Below, one piece after another: positions 34,127 through 44,870 of a stretch of 64,000 bases of DNA. How positions within the stretch are numbered: position 1 is the first letter of the stretch; each line of letters starts with the position of its first letter. Below the pieces are notes generated by a model. It made no database searches and had not been told where the DNA came from. It saw nothing but the letters and a program-made list of their open reading frames with translations. A program made the translations under genes and the position numbers. Location of the stretch: the NCBI GenBank assembly GCA_010015585.1, contig ML975174.1; one strand, 5' to 3'. Origin of the DNA: Eremomyces bilateralis CBS 781.70. Lineage: Eukaryota.

Positions 34127-36934
34127 ATGCGACTGAAGCGCCGGCGAGGCCGCGCCCATCGATGTGAAACCGCCCCAAACAAGAATCCTGACTCTGCACA
34201 ATTACCTCCTATCGAGAAAACGATTGAAGAACGGATATTCATGATTGCAACGACACCAGAGAAAGAGTTATGTTCGGTACTGCAAGAGTTGGTTAAGGCC
34301 TGTCTGATACGAAAGAACATCATATACCAGCATGATCTTATCTTCCACGGTTTGCAGCGACTCCTGGGTGGTCGGCTCCCACGTATCAACCAGGTTCGGG
34401 CTCTTCGACGAGTTGTTTTTCGGCATGGGGATACTATTATCTCTGCGAAGACTGGTTTTGGGAAGAGCATCATCTTCCATGCTATCCCAATCTTTATTGG
34501 CAGAATTGTCATCCAGTTGATTCCTTTAAGCAAGCTTGGAGAGGAGCAGAAGAGGTCGATTGAACAGTTACCAGGGGCCAGGCCTTCCCTTGTTACAGCG
34601 GAGACTAAGCGAAGGAATCCGAACCTGTTAAAGGAGATTGCAGCTGGGATATATACCCATATCTTGATGGGTCCTGAGCAAGCAGTTAGCGATGAGTTTC
34701 GTGGTTTGCTGTTAAGCCCCGACGTAAAGAATAGGATTGGTGTGGTTGCAATTGACGAGCTCCATGTTATGGAGCAATGGAAGGAATTCCGGTTGGAATA
34801 TCTCAAAATCAGGGAATTACGACGGTACTTACGTGCTGATACCATCTGGTTTGGTTGTTCTGCCACTTTGAACAAGGCCACAGAACAAGCTGTTATCTAT
34901 TATGGTGGTTTCTACGAAGAGACACACCATGAACTGCCACTCAAGATCATCCGAGTCTCAATCGATCGACCTGATATCTCACTTAACATTTTGCCCATTA
35001 AGAGAGGAAAGAGCAAGGCTTACCAACGGCTATGGTTTCTAGTTGATCATGCATTAGAGCATCCAACTAGTAGGACGGAAGACGACCTCCAGCGAATCCC
35101 GAAAACGATTATCTTTGTAGATGGACTTCAATCGGTAGCGAATATCTCTGCATCCTTAGAGCGGCATCTCTTTGTTCAAGGGTTTGAACCAACCATGGTT
35201 CGGGATGCAATTGGTGTATATACATCGAATACTCCACGATACGATCAGGACTTGCTGTACGATAAGATCAGATCCCCATGCTCTTCTCTTAGAGTAGTTG
35301 TTGCAACTACTGCTCTTGGAATGGGTATGGATATTCCTGATATTATGGTGGTTGCTCAATGGGGACTTCCAATCGGCCATGATCTCGGTGATATTTGGCA
35401 GCGGGTTGGACGGGCTGTTCGAGTAAAGCAGGCAATCAATGGGATGGCTTTTATATTCCTGCCATACTATGCGTTCGACTCAATGGGACAGGATCCTGTT
35501 CAAATGCCTAGTTCGCGTAATAATCAGCCATTGTCTCAGAAGAAAAGGGGAAAGCGGAACACAGTCCGGTTACCGAATACCACCCATTCACCATCGCCAT
35601 TATCGCAAGGCGATGGAGCTGAGTCTGACTTCTCTGAACAGTCTGATAATACCGAAGCAGCCAGTCAAGAGAGCTCGAAATTAACTGTCCCAAAGTCTAA
35701 GAAGAGGGACAAGTCAGATGGTCCACCTCTATGGACTGTTGATGAACTTCAGCATAGGGCAACCCTCCCAATAACGATCCGTTCTCTTGCAAACGCGCCA
35801 TGTAGACGGCAGGTATTCCTTACGGAGTTCAATGAGGACCAATGCGAGCCAGATACTACCCCCATTCGAGCAGACAAGAAGGTCTGTTGTAATGGGAAGG
35901 AGTGTAATCTGGCATTGTTCCAGTTGCCACCAATGCCTGATACTTCCCTTAAGTCTACCAAACCTGGCCGAGAGACTAAGGCAGGTATTGCGCTGCATCT
36001 ATTGGTTATATGGTGTCTTGAACAGGTGGAATCGATCTTCCCACGAGCGCAGCAAATGATTCCAATCCCAGCTGGGGTGATCATTCCTCAAGAAGCGCAA
36101 TGGGCTATTGCTCGTATGTATACTTGTGTGAAGAACTCAACAACGATACCTATACCAGATCGGGAGGCATTGTTACCCCTCTTTGATATCGAAAACTGGG
36201 AATATCGGAACGTCCTCCTTGACGATTTGTTGGTATTCCTTGTCCAGATAGTTCCAGCCGTATACTCGAAGCATGCCGCGATACTAGAGGAACGAAAGTG
36301 CAAGAGGAACCTGAAGGCACTGGCCGGAAAGGTTACAGAGGCTGCTGCTCAAGATTTGGGGAGTAATCCTCAAGACTTGAGTATTATACCTAATCCCACT
36401 CTATCTAAAGAGGAAGAGGTTGCTCAATATGTCCACAGTCGTCAGTCGGCAGATGATAGGGATGGGCTCCGGGTTATCATGCATAACGAGCTACTTGCGC
36501 AGAAGCTTAATGAGTATCGGGAAACATTCAAACCCCGCCATTGGCCCTCGTTTTCATCACTGCCGGAGATATCGGAAGGGTCGCAGGAATTAGGAAGCTC
36601 GTTTGTCGTCGGAGGGGAGTCATCGTTCGTATCGCAATCTAGCGTTAAGTTAGATTCTGGTATAGATAATAAGACTACAATCCCCTCGGATATAAAAGCT
36701 CCTATACCTGTTAACATCCGGTCGCGCAGCCAAACGCCCAAACGAGCTACTCAAGATTCTTCTTCGGGTATGCGCAAGAGAAGTCGGACGCCGCTTAGGG
36801 AAGTATCTGGAAACCATGAGAAAGGACAGATCACTAGACAAGATAGGCCGAATACGCCTAAACGAGCTGGTCTTCGTACTCATGTACAGTTGACGCCAAA
36901 AGGGAGGGATCTATGGGGGAAGAGTGGTAAATAG
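34127..36934 (+). CDS. Transposon-encoded RecQ-like SF2 DExH helicase (935 aa)
   Basis: Motif I AKTGFGKS, Ia LIPL, Ib GPEQ, II AIDELH, III GCSAT, DRPDI, IV KTIIFV, V VATTALGMGMD, VI WQRVGRAVR; RecQ Zn-site-like CRR...CCNGKEC; uninterrupted ORF inside the TIRs. Confidence 0.9.
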   Translation: MRLKRRRGRAHRCETAPNKNPDSAQLPPIEKTIEERIFMIATTPEKELCSVLQELVKACLIRKNIIYQHDLIFHGLQRLLGGRLPRINQVRALRRVVFRHGDTIISAKTGFGKSIIFHAIPIFIGRIVIQLIPLSKLGEEQKRSIEQLPGARPSLVTAETKRRNPNLLKEIAAGIYTHILMGPEQAVSDEFRGLLLSPDVKNRIGVVAIDELHVMEQWKEFRLEYLKIRELRRYLRADTIWFGCSATLNKATEQAVIYYGGFYEETHHELPLKIIRVSIDRPDISLNILPIKRGKSKAYQRLWFLVDHALEHPTSRTEDDLQRIPKTIIFVDGLQSVANISASLERHLFVQGFEPTMVRDAIGVYTSNTPRYDQDLLYDKIRSPCSSLRVVVATTALGMGMDIPDIMVVAQWGLPIGHDLGDIWQRVGRAVRVKQAINGMAFIFLPYYAFDSMGQDPVQMPSSRNNQPLSQKKRGKRNTVRLPNTTHSPSPLSQGDGAESDFSEQSDNTEAASQESSKLTVPKSKKRDKSDGPPLWTVDELQHRATLPITIRSLANAPCRRQVFLTEFNEDQCEPDTTPIRADKKVCCNGKECNLALFQLPPMPDTSLKSTKPGRETKAGIALHLLVIWCLEQVESIFPRAQQMIPIPAGVIIPQEAQWAIARMYTCVKNSTTIPIPDREALLPLFDIENWEYRNVLLDDLLVFLVQIVPAVYSKHAAILEERKCKRNLKALAGKVTEAAAQDLGSNPQDLSIIPNPTLSKEEEVAQYVHSRQSADDRDGLRVIMHNELLAQKLNEYRETFKPRHWPSFSSLPEISEGSQELGSSFVVGGESSFVSQSSVKLDSGIDNKTTIPSDIKAPIPVNIRSRSQTPKRATQDSSSGMRKRSRTPLREVSGNHEKGQITRQDRPNTPKRAGLRTHVQLTPKGRDLWGKSGK

Positions 36935-37381
36935 AAGAACAAAGATTTGGAGGTGTTTTGGTTGGGAGAACTTCGGATAGCCCTTTTCAGACTAGTGTCC
37001 TTTTATTTCCAGATTTGTACCAACTTCAAAGGAAATGAAGTGGGTAGGAACCAATTGAATTATGATTGTATATACATCATCTTGTAGCTCTTAATAAGAG
37101 GATTCCAGCAATGTTATCATCTTTGAAAAACATTAAGGATTGGTAGAGATATTATAGTAAGACACACCTAAACCTGCTAGATACTAGGCTTTTATCTACA
37201 CATTGACCCCATTCCATACTCAATATCCCCCAGGTTGTGCAGCACGAGGCACCCTAGTCTCAACTATGAATTGGTTAATGAGCGACGGGCTCAGTAAACC
37301 AGTTCGAAACTAGGCCTTGGAGACGAATAGTTTCGATATAGAGGGCTTCGAGGGATATAGGTGAAGTGAGCGATAACGTAG

Positions 37382-40051
37382 TCAAAGAATATCATAATCC
37401 TCAACAAGCCCATCTTCACAAGCCTCAGTGTAGGTAATTGCTGGTGAAGTCTCAGAGTTATGAGGATTTAAATCCATCTCTTCGTCAAGGTAAGGATCAG
37501 CCTGGGGGATGATACTAGAGCGGACTGGTATCCGATTGTTGAAGGAATTGACCTTTTGTTCCAAGACCTCAGCACCAATCCGGAAGATATCAGGTGCGTC
37601 CCAACCAACAGCATCGCGAGGTTGGATAGTGAGCAAAGGACTGCGTAGATATAGTTGAAGGGCGCGACTGAAGATATCCCGTTGATCGGCTTTGGTTGTG
37701 TGTCGATCGCTTTGGGTAAACCCAAATGAGTTTTCCCATGCCCCACGAATCTTGGAGAAGACATTACTTAATAATGCGACTCTACCAAAGGTTTTGTCTG
37801 CATTATGTGTTGAATTCTTCAATAACTTCATATCAATCTTGTATGCGCAATTAACGTGTTCAAGGGCTAGGTCAATACCCTTGAACTGGCCTGGTTTGCC
37901 ATGTAAATTCACAAGACTGGATGAGAGTATTGCGTCGCGGAGAATCTTCTCTGAAACGCATTCAGATAATATCCAACGAAGATGGAGCATTTCATCACCA
38001 TACTTGTGCTGTCCAGTTGCGTGGAAGATAACTGCAAGTGGGTCGATTAAACGGTCAATCCAGCCGATGTCGCCATTCTTGACTGCTTTACGCAAAGAAA
38101 GGAAGATGCTGATCAACTGGACAAGTCGGCAGAGACTTCGAAATTCAAGTCCATATTGTGTCGTGTCCCATGCCTCTAGAGAGAATGCCAGTGTGCAGAC
38201 CTCTTTCATTGTAGAGATAAGTTCTTCTGGCTCCAGGTTCTGGATAATTAGATCCAGTTTCGAACTTGGACTGGAATCTTCAAGGAATGCCTTTTGGATA
38301 TGTCCTCGTCTCGTAAGAACATGATACCATAGCATCAAGACACGAGCATAAAATGATTGCTTGAGCAGGGGGTCAAACATGTAGAACTTTGGGGATTCTC
38401 GAGTATATCCTTTTCGATCCCAGTAGATGATATCCGATAGAAGCGTTGCATCTGATGGTAGTGAAGGCTCTTTATCCGACGGTAGTGAAGGCTCCGTATC
38501 AAAATGGATACGGACGATCGTTAGGATGAGATTCATAAGGACATGGAACAGTCCAGATGGACCTAACATCCATCTCCGTCGGTCAAAAGGTAGAATAGCA
38601 TTCTTCTGGGCCTCCTTTAGAGTACGGATATGTTGGGCTGTTTTCTGGTCTCCAAATACCAACCAGAGACGGTTTGTGAAGTCTTCGCTTGGTGGCTGGG
38701 ATTGGAAACCCAACTGTCGGATCCAAATATCTTCATGAACTCCGTAGGTTCCTTGGATTGTTCCTTCATCAAAAGGGGCAGCCCGAAGATGATGGATGTT
38801 TGTTACATTCCCACCCGCATGTAAACGGTTGATCTCTGGATAAGCAGGGACAGCAGACGGCTGTGATTGGAAAACCAAGTCAATACTTGTAGAATGAACG
38901 TGTTGTAGGGCCTCGTAGACTAAGTGAATGTCTATACTCTGCTTTTTCTCATCATACTTTAAGCCATCGGCTTTACAGATGTCTTTAAAAGAGAGAAGTT
39001 GGGAAGGATCGAAACTTGATTGGAATAAACCTTCATCAGGCAAATATGGGTTCTCAACCAACAGGCATGTTGTCAGATTCCGCATAATATGGGTTGAACC
39101 AATTGTCTGCTCGCGCACAGTATCTTTGAAGTTGAAGTTATCATAAACAAGGACTGTCTTTGGCTTTTTGGCCAGCATTGGGAGGCGGTTCTAATTAAAA
39201 GTTAGAAGAAAAGATCTAACTTATGAAATAAACCAACCTACCTTCGCCTTGAGTGCCATACCTGAAACCTCCTCATTAATACTTTGGTATGTCTCAGTGA
39301 GCCCAAGACCAGCAGCTGTATCCACGACCCGCCGCTTTGTCCCACTAGAGATCATATATAACCCCAACTGCTTAGCGTATACATTTGATGTGTTCCGCTT
39401 ACGACTCCGGCATGCTACTGCAGTCATCGTGTACATTTGCCCAATTGTCCCTTTTGAAAGAGTCTCCCTTTGATCTGGTTCTTGACTGCGACAGTTTCGA
39501 AGAACTAGATCTAAACAGCGGTACCATTCCGGTGCCCCAGTCTTGATAACTTTTCGGACATCTTCAAGGTCGATATCCCATTCGTGGGCGGTATCAGGAT
39601 CGAAGGTATCAAAGTATTTGTATTCGGCCAAGCCATCAAGTTCTTTGAGGAGAGGTTGCCAATTATGGCGGCTTGAAGGGTGATGCCCAACAACCTCACG
39701 GATTTCCTCCTCTTCTAAGAGTTCACGGAATATTCCAACCCTTGTAGACCTCCCTAAGGTACCATGGTGCTTATCCGATAGTAACCAGGCGCGGAGGAAT
39801 TCTTTAAACGTGAACCGCTGCTCTCGCCACAGATACAATGTTTCGCGCAATTTATCAAATGGTTGAAGTTTTTTTTTTCCTGCAACACGCCGAATCTGCC
39901 GATATCTAGTAGGGGATCGTCTTAGGGAAGGGCGTTTTGGTCGGGGAGTCGAACCTGAGGGTGAAGACGAGGTAGAGGGCGAGGATGATAAATATGTCTC
40001 ATCTGGCGGTATCGAAGATAACTCGCTGGAGATGAAGGGTGGGGTCGACAT
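37382..40051 (-). CDS. Putative DDE transposase (DUF6589/Academ-like); complement(join(37382..39190,39242..40051)), ~872 aa
   Basis: A 51-nt GT-AG intron at 39241-39191 (GTAGGT donor, CTAAC branch, TAG acceptor) joins the 276-aa and 598-aa ORFs in frame. Conserved motifs VYDNF, FGDQKT, GLFHVLMN, KNGDIG, GQHKYGDEML, LVNLHG and IDLALEHVN. Confidence 0.82.
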
Positions 40052-40228
40052 GGTGAAAGGGAAGATGATACGTTCTTGGACTGTGGAGTGGTTGGATTGG
40101 TCCTGAAACTTGATGAAATGTAGAAGTCAAGGGGTAGAATCAATTTGTGAAAACAGATTAGCGATAAACATTATGTATCAAGCACACTTAGCGATAGGAG
40201 TTCTCTCACCTATTTCATGATATGAAGC

Positions 40229-40412
40229 TGTACACCTCCACACAAATTATGCAGACGTCTCTCAGACGGCAGTTGTACCAACTGCCTTGATGGAATATGA
40301 TTGGTCAATATTTAGTGGCACATGCTAAAGAAGAGGCTGGGCTTTAATGGGTATAGCGGATCCCCATAATGGCCAGGGGGTACCATTGCCGCCTGAGTCC
40401 CAACTGAGATAA
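40229..40412. repeat. Element 1 right terminal structure
   Basis: CTCAGACGGCAG (40261-40272) is inverted at 40386-40397 (TTGCCGCCTGAG, 10/12). 8-bp stem GGCAGTTG-tac-CAACTGCC at 40268-40286. Terminal CTGAGATAA. Confidence 0.8.
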
Positions 40413-40668
40413 TAGCACTGCAGTAGCATACAATATGGTATTAAGGCATCAAGGCGACGAGCTGCATCATCGGCGAACAAGCTCCAAAGTTAAGGGACAT
40501 CCACAGGGAGCTCACAACCAAAGAGGAGGATTAATTCTTCACGCCCACTGTTTCTTGTTCATGCATTGATGCAAACAGTTACCGATAAAGACTTGCTAGA
40601 ACAATTCATAGCCGTGAGCCCATCATTATTGCACCGGAACTTGTAATATAGCCTCCACATCGCCCAGC

Positions 40669-42717
40669 ATGGACATCGTCCAGGCCGTCTCAGGCTACAT
40701 CTCCAAGATGATGTCGTCCACGGACAGCAGCGGATCTGGATCTGCGAAGATGAAGATCCTGTTGCTTGACAGCGAGACTGTAGGTTTGTTGCTCTATACC
40801 CTCGAGCCTCCATGCTCATAGCTAATTCCCGCTTAGGTTGGTATACTCTCGACCGCCACGACACAATCCGCTCTCTTGAACCATGAAGTGTACCTTACAG
40901 AGTACGTGGAGACCAGCCAGGCGCTTGAGATAGGACAATGCTTACGGAAATCATAGTCGCCTCGACAACCAGGCGCGAGAGAAGATGCGCCATTTACGCT
41001 GTCTATGCTTCCTTCGTCCTTCCCCCGAGTCAATACAGCTCCTCATTGATGAACTACGAGAGCCAAAGTACGGAGAGTACAACGTTTGTATGTGCATGTT
41101 ATACACCGGAAGAGAACAAAGGCTAAATTTCCTAGACTTCAGTAACATCATCAAGAAGTCCTCGTTGGAGCGACTGGCCGAAGCGGACGACCATGAGGTG
41201 ATTCGCGCGGTTCAAGAATACTTTGCCGACTACCTTGTCATCAACCCCGACCTGTACTCTCTGGACCTGTGGTACCCTCAAAATCGGATATGGGGAACCA
41301 GTCCCGAGCTATGGAACCCGGACGCCTTGCAACGATCGACCGAAGGGATTCTAGCCGTTCTACTGTCGTTGAAGAAGAAGCCGCTGATACGATACTCGAA
41401 AACGAGTATGCTTGCGAAGAAGCTAGCTACAGAAGTTCGGTATCATATGACACAAGAGGACCAGCTGTTCGACTTCAGGAGACCGGACACCCCTCCAATA
41501 TTGCTGATATTGGATCGAAGGGATGACCCAGTGACTCCATTACTCACTCAATGGACATATCAAGCCATGGTGCACGAGATGCTAGGTATCCGGAACGGCC
41601 GTGTGGATCTAAGCCATGTTCCAGAGGTCCGCCCGGAGTTCAAGGTTAGGCCCCAAACAGGGTATATTCGGATGGATTTCTGACCGCTCGAATAGGAGAT
41701 TGTCCTCTCTCAGGATCAGGACCCCTTCTTCAAGAAGAACATGTTCCTCAACTTCGGAGATCTCGGAGAAAACGCTAAGGGCTACGTCGAGCAATTTGCA
41801 TCGAAAAGTTCGACAAACCTCAAGCTGGAATCCATAGACGACATGAAGCGATTCGTCGAAGATTATCCGGAATTCCGAAAACTCTCGAGCAATGTGACGA
41901 AACATGTCACGTTGGTTGGAGAGCTTAGTCGAAGAGTCGGGGGAGAAAACCTCCTCGATGTTAGCGAACTGGAACAGAGCCTGGCATGCAACGACAACCA
42001 CAACACCGATTTGAAGGTATTTTAGCAGACCTTGGCCTAATATGGCGTTTATTCTAACCTAATTAGACATTACAACGCCTCATTCAAGATCCCGCCGTCC
42101 CCGCATCCAACAAGCTTCGCCTAACCGCGATATACGCCCTCCGCTACTCCAAACACCCATCCAACTCCACCCCGATGCTCCTCGACCTCCTCAGCGTGGC
42201 TGGAAACCTCTCCCGCTTCCGCATTGCCCTCATCTCCAAGCTCCTCACCTACCACAGTTCCCTCGCCCCCGTCCCCGCATCCGCCGGCGTTTCCGGCCTT
42301 CCCGACCTCTTCCAATCTACCAACCTCTTCTCCAGCGCCCGTGAGCGCTTCCGCGGCCTGAAAGGCACCGAGAACGTCTACACCCAGCATTCACCCCGCC
42401 TGGAGAGTACACTGCAGGAGCTGATCCGCGGCCGGCTCAAAGAACAGCTGTATCCCTTCGTCGACGGCGGTGGCTCGACCAAGGACAAACCCCAGGACAT
42501 CGTGGTCTTCATGGTCGGCGGCGTCACGTATGAGGAGGCGAAGATGGTCGCGCAGATCAACGCGAGCTCGCCCGGCGTGCGGATCGTGTTGGGCGGTACC
42601 AGCGTGCACAACAGTGAGAGTTTCCTGGACGAGGTGGAGGATGCGGTGGATTCGTGGCCGGAGGCGGCGAGAGGGGGCACCGCGAATGAAAGGCTGAGGA
42701 GAGAAGTCGGAAGGTGA
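40669..42717 (+). CDS. VPS45: Vps45, Sec1/Munc18-family vacuolar sorting protein (multi-exon)
   Basis: MDIVQAVSGYISKM..MKILLLDSET, HLRCLCFLRPS, VQEYFADY, LILDRRDDPVTPLLTQWTYQAMVHE, NVTKHVTLVGELS, ENVYTQHSP, VFMVGGVTYEE. Several short GT-AG introns (first 40780-40836). Confidence 0.95.
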
Positions 42718-43078
42718 GGCGAGGATGCTGGTGGCGGGGTTTGATGCTTGGGGCCTCGAAATGGTTATGGTGTATGAACGGCATGTTATGGTCTTTAGTG
42801 GCATACCCAATTGACATTGATGAAAAACATAAAAGCTAAATTGCCGTATTTATTGCGTGGTAAGTTGCAAACGTGCTGTCTCGCACGGGATTATCAAGGG
42901 ATTCTTCTGATGTCAAGAGGACTAGGTCGAGTTCCATTCCCCTATGACGCCCATTTGGATGCCCCCAATCCAGACCCGTTTGGAATAAATACAGGTTTCC
43001 TTGGAGATGGTTGAGGATCTTTCAAATCTTGTTCTGAGTGGACGGTAGCAGGTTTGGGGAGAGGTCACAAGGGAACAT

Positions 43079-44870
43079 TTATGTCCCCTTCCGGACCGAC
43101 AACACGCAAGGAGTCCATGGCACCCCCTCCTTGGTCTCCGCTTCCACGTCTAAATATCGCTGCACAATCTCCATCTTGGCCTTACTCCTTACCTTGGTGA
43201 TGAGGCTCCGGACTCCAAGGTCGGGGTCGTAGCCATGCTCGACGATAGCTTGACAAACCGCAACGTCGTCTTCTATCTGGAGTTGAAGATTGCCGAGTAG
43301 ATTCTCTCCTTTGCCTTTAGACAGATTCACCGGACGTGAAATTCCTTTCTCTAATTCAAGAAGAAACTTGTGTGCTACCAGAGTCTGCTCAGTGTTCGTG
43401 AAAATGGTAGGAATGGTAAGAATGCCGAAATGCGACCTGTCAGTGGTGTCTACGATCTGTTTTAGCACTCATAGTTCAACCAAAGGAGGAATTAAAGACG
43501 AACAAATTAGGCTTTGAAAACGTCCTTCATCTCGTTCTGTAATTCACCTACCAAATTTTCCTTTCCTTTTTCGTTGCAGGAGTTGCAGCTCAGTCTGGCG
43601 CCGTTCGTTTTCCAGAACGACTGGATTTTCGAACACAAGAATTGGTCGCAAGGATGTATATTGTCTTGGAACAGTCGATAAACTTCCTGTTGCATCGATC
43701 CTCATATTTGCCTAGATTGTGTTACTCATGTTTGACCCCGTATAAAAGGGGGAAGCATACTTTCGTCAAATGGGATAAGCAGCGCCTGATGAACGCTAGA
43801 ACCGAATTTCTCGAATTTATCTAGGAATACAATGGATCTTTGGCTATTATGATTTGCAAGAAAGCTGTTGAGAGCCGACCGGTCCACGGATCCCATAACG
43901 TGAGCTCTTTGACCAAACATGTCGCGAGCATCCTTTACTGTCGTGCAATATACAACCTCGGAATCCGGGGACAGTAGCTTGCCCAGTCATTTTGCTATTT
44001 CAGTCTTCCCGTGTCCACTCGGTCTGCCAAATACGAGGACCAGAGGTCGTTCGGATTGGAGGAGAAAATAGCCAAGTAAGTGTCTGATTAATTCGGACAC
44101 TGCATACTCTTGCGCAACGAGATAGTGGATGCCGAAGATAGCCTCCGATTCATGTCGTTTCGCTACTTGCCAAAATCTTGGAGGAAGCTCTGGAATTCCT
44201 TTGGCTTTGGCAAGGAGGTATCTTGGAGTAAGATTCAGACCGGATAGAAATTGCTTTCCCATATTTCCTTCCCACCATTTGTCATCGTCGTCGCCGCATT
44301 TGTGACTAGCTTTTTTCAGGGAGTCGGATATGTTCAACTTAGCGTGTAAGGGGAAGATGAGGGCCTTTGGGACGAAACTTGGAGAAGCCCCGAGACGAAG
44401 AAGAGTTGTGACCATCTCGGTTTTATCGTGTTCCTTGTCTGTAGATCGAATGATGGAGAATCCGAGAAGCGGCATATTCGAGTCAGGAGACACAGTGTTT
44501 ACAGAGACTCCGTATCCTACCCACTCTTGCAAGATGCGGATATCGCCATGCTGAACAGCATAGAAAATGCTCGGAAGGCCGCAGATTCCTCGATTCAGTT
44601 CCAGCCGGACAAACTCGTCGGATTCGGGTCGTAGGTGCTCCTTCACTGCTTTACATCTCACACCGTCCCGTAGTTCGCTGAGCAGAGACCTCATCCACTC
44701 CGAGTCGGATGCAGATAGTTCATCGACCTTAGGGCATACACCACCCTTCGGCAACTCTAGAGTTCAAGGGATGCGATTGCGAGCTGGACTATTCGAAACC
44801 GCGTTTAGAGCCACTGTATAGGTATTGTTGACAAGATTGAAAGGCGAGTGATGATGGTAGCATGATGGCT
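43079..44870 (-). pseudogene. Disabled ankyrin-like plus ClpA/B-type AAA+ ATPase gene (5' boundary approximate)
   Basis: Ankyrin-like segment (IFYAVQHGDIRILQEWVGYGVSVN..LLRLGASP), then PLVLVFGRPSGHGKTEIAK followed by an in-frame TGA (43989-43987). The same frame continues LGKLL..DMFG..IVFLDKFEK..HQALLIPFDE. C-terminal fragment GYDPDLGVRSL lies in ORF 43079-43468. Confidence 0.72.

Larger units (their letters stand above)
33755..40412. mobile_element. Element 1: helicase-carrying TIR DNA transposon (AcademH-like), 6658 bp, 8-bp TSD TAGCACTG
   Basis: TAGCACTG at 33747-33754 and again at 40413-40420. Termini TTATCTCAG (33755) and CTGAGATAA (ending 40412); the imperfect TIR continues (ttatctcagcttggg-ctcag vs ttatctcag-ttgggactcag). 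Subterminal inverted block 33875-33914 / 40229-40268 matches at 30/40. Encloses convergent RecQ-like helicase and DUF6589-like genes. Confidence 0.92.

Noticed and set aside
34127..36934. Host Sgs1/RecQ, telomere-linked helicase or Helitron interpretation of the helicases
   Set aside because: The genes lie inside TIR/TSD-bounded units, no telomeric repeats are nearby, and they are SF2 DExH enzymes rather than the HUH-Rep/PIF1 type of Helitrons.
33741..40426. Alternative element 1 boundary 33744-40423 with a 3-bp TAG TSD
   Set aside because: The extra 11 bp pair poorly as a TIR. The exact 8-bp duplication and the terminus shared with element 2 explain the junctions better.
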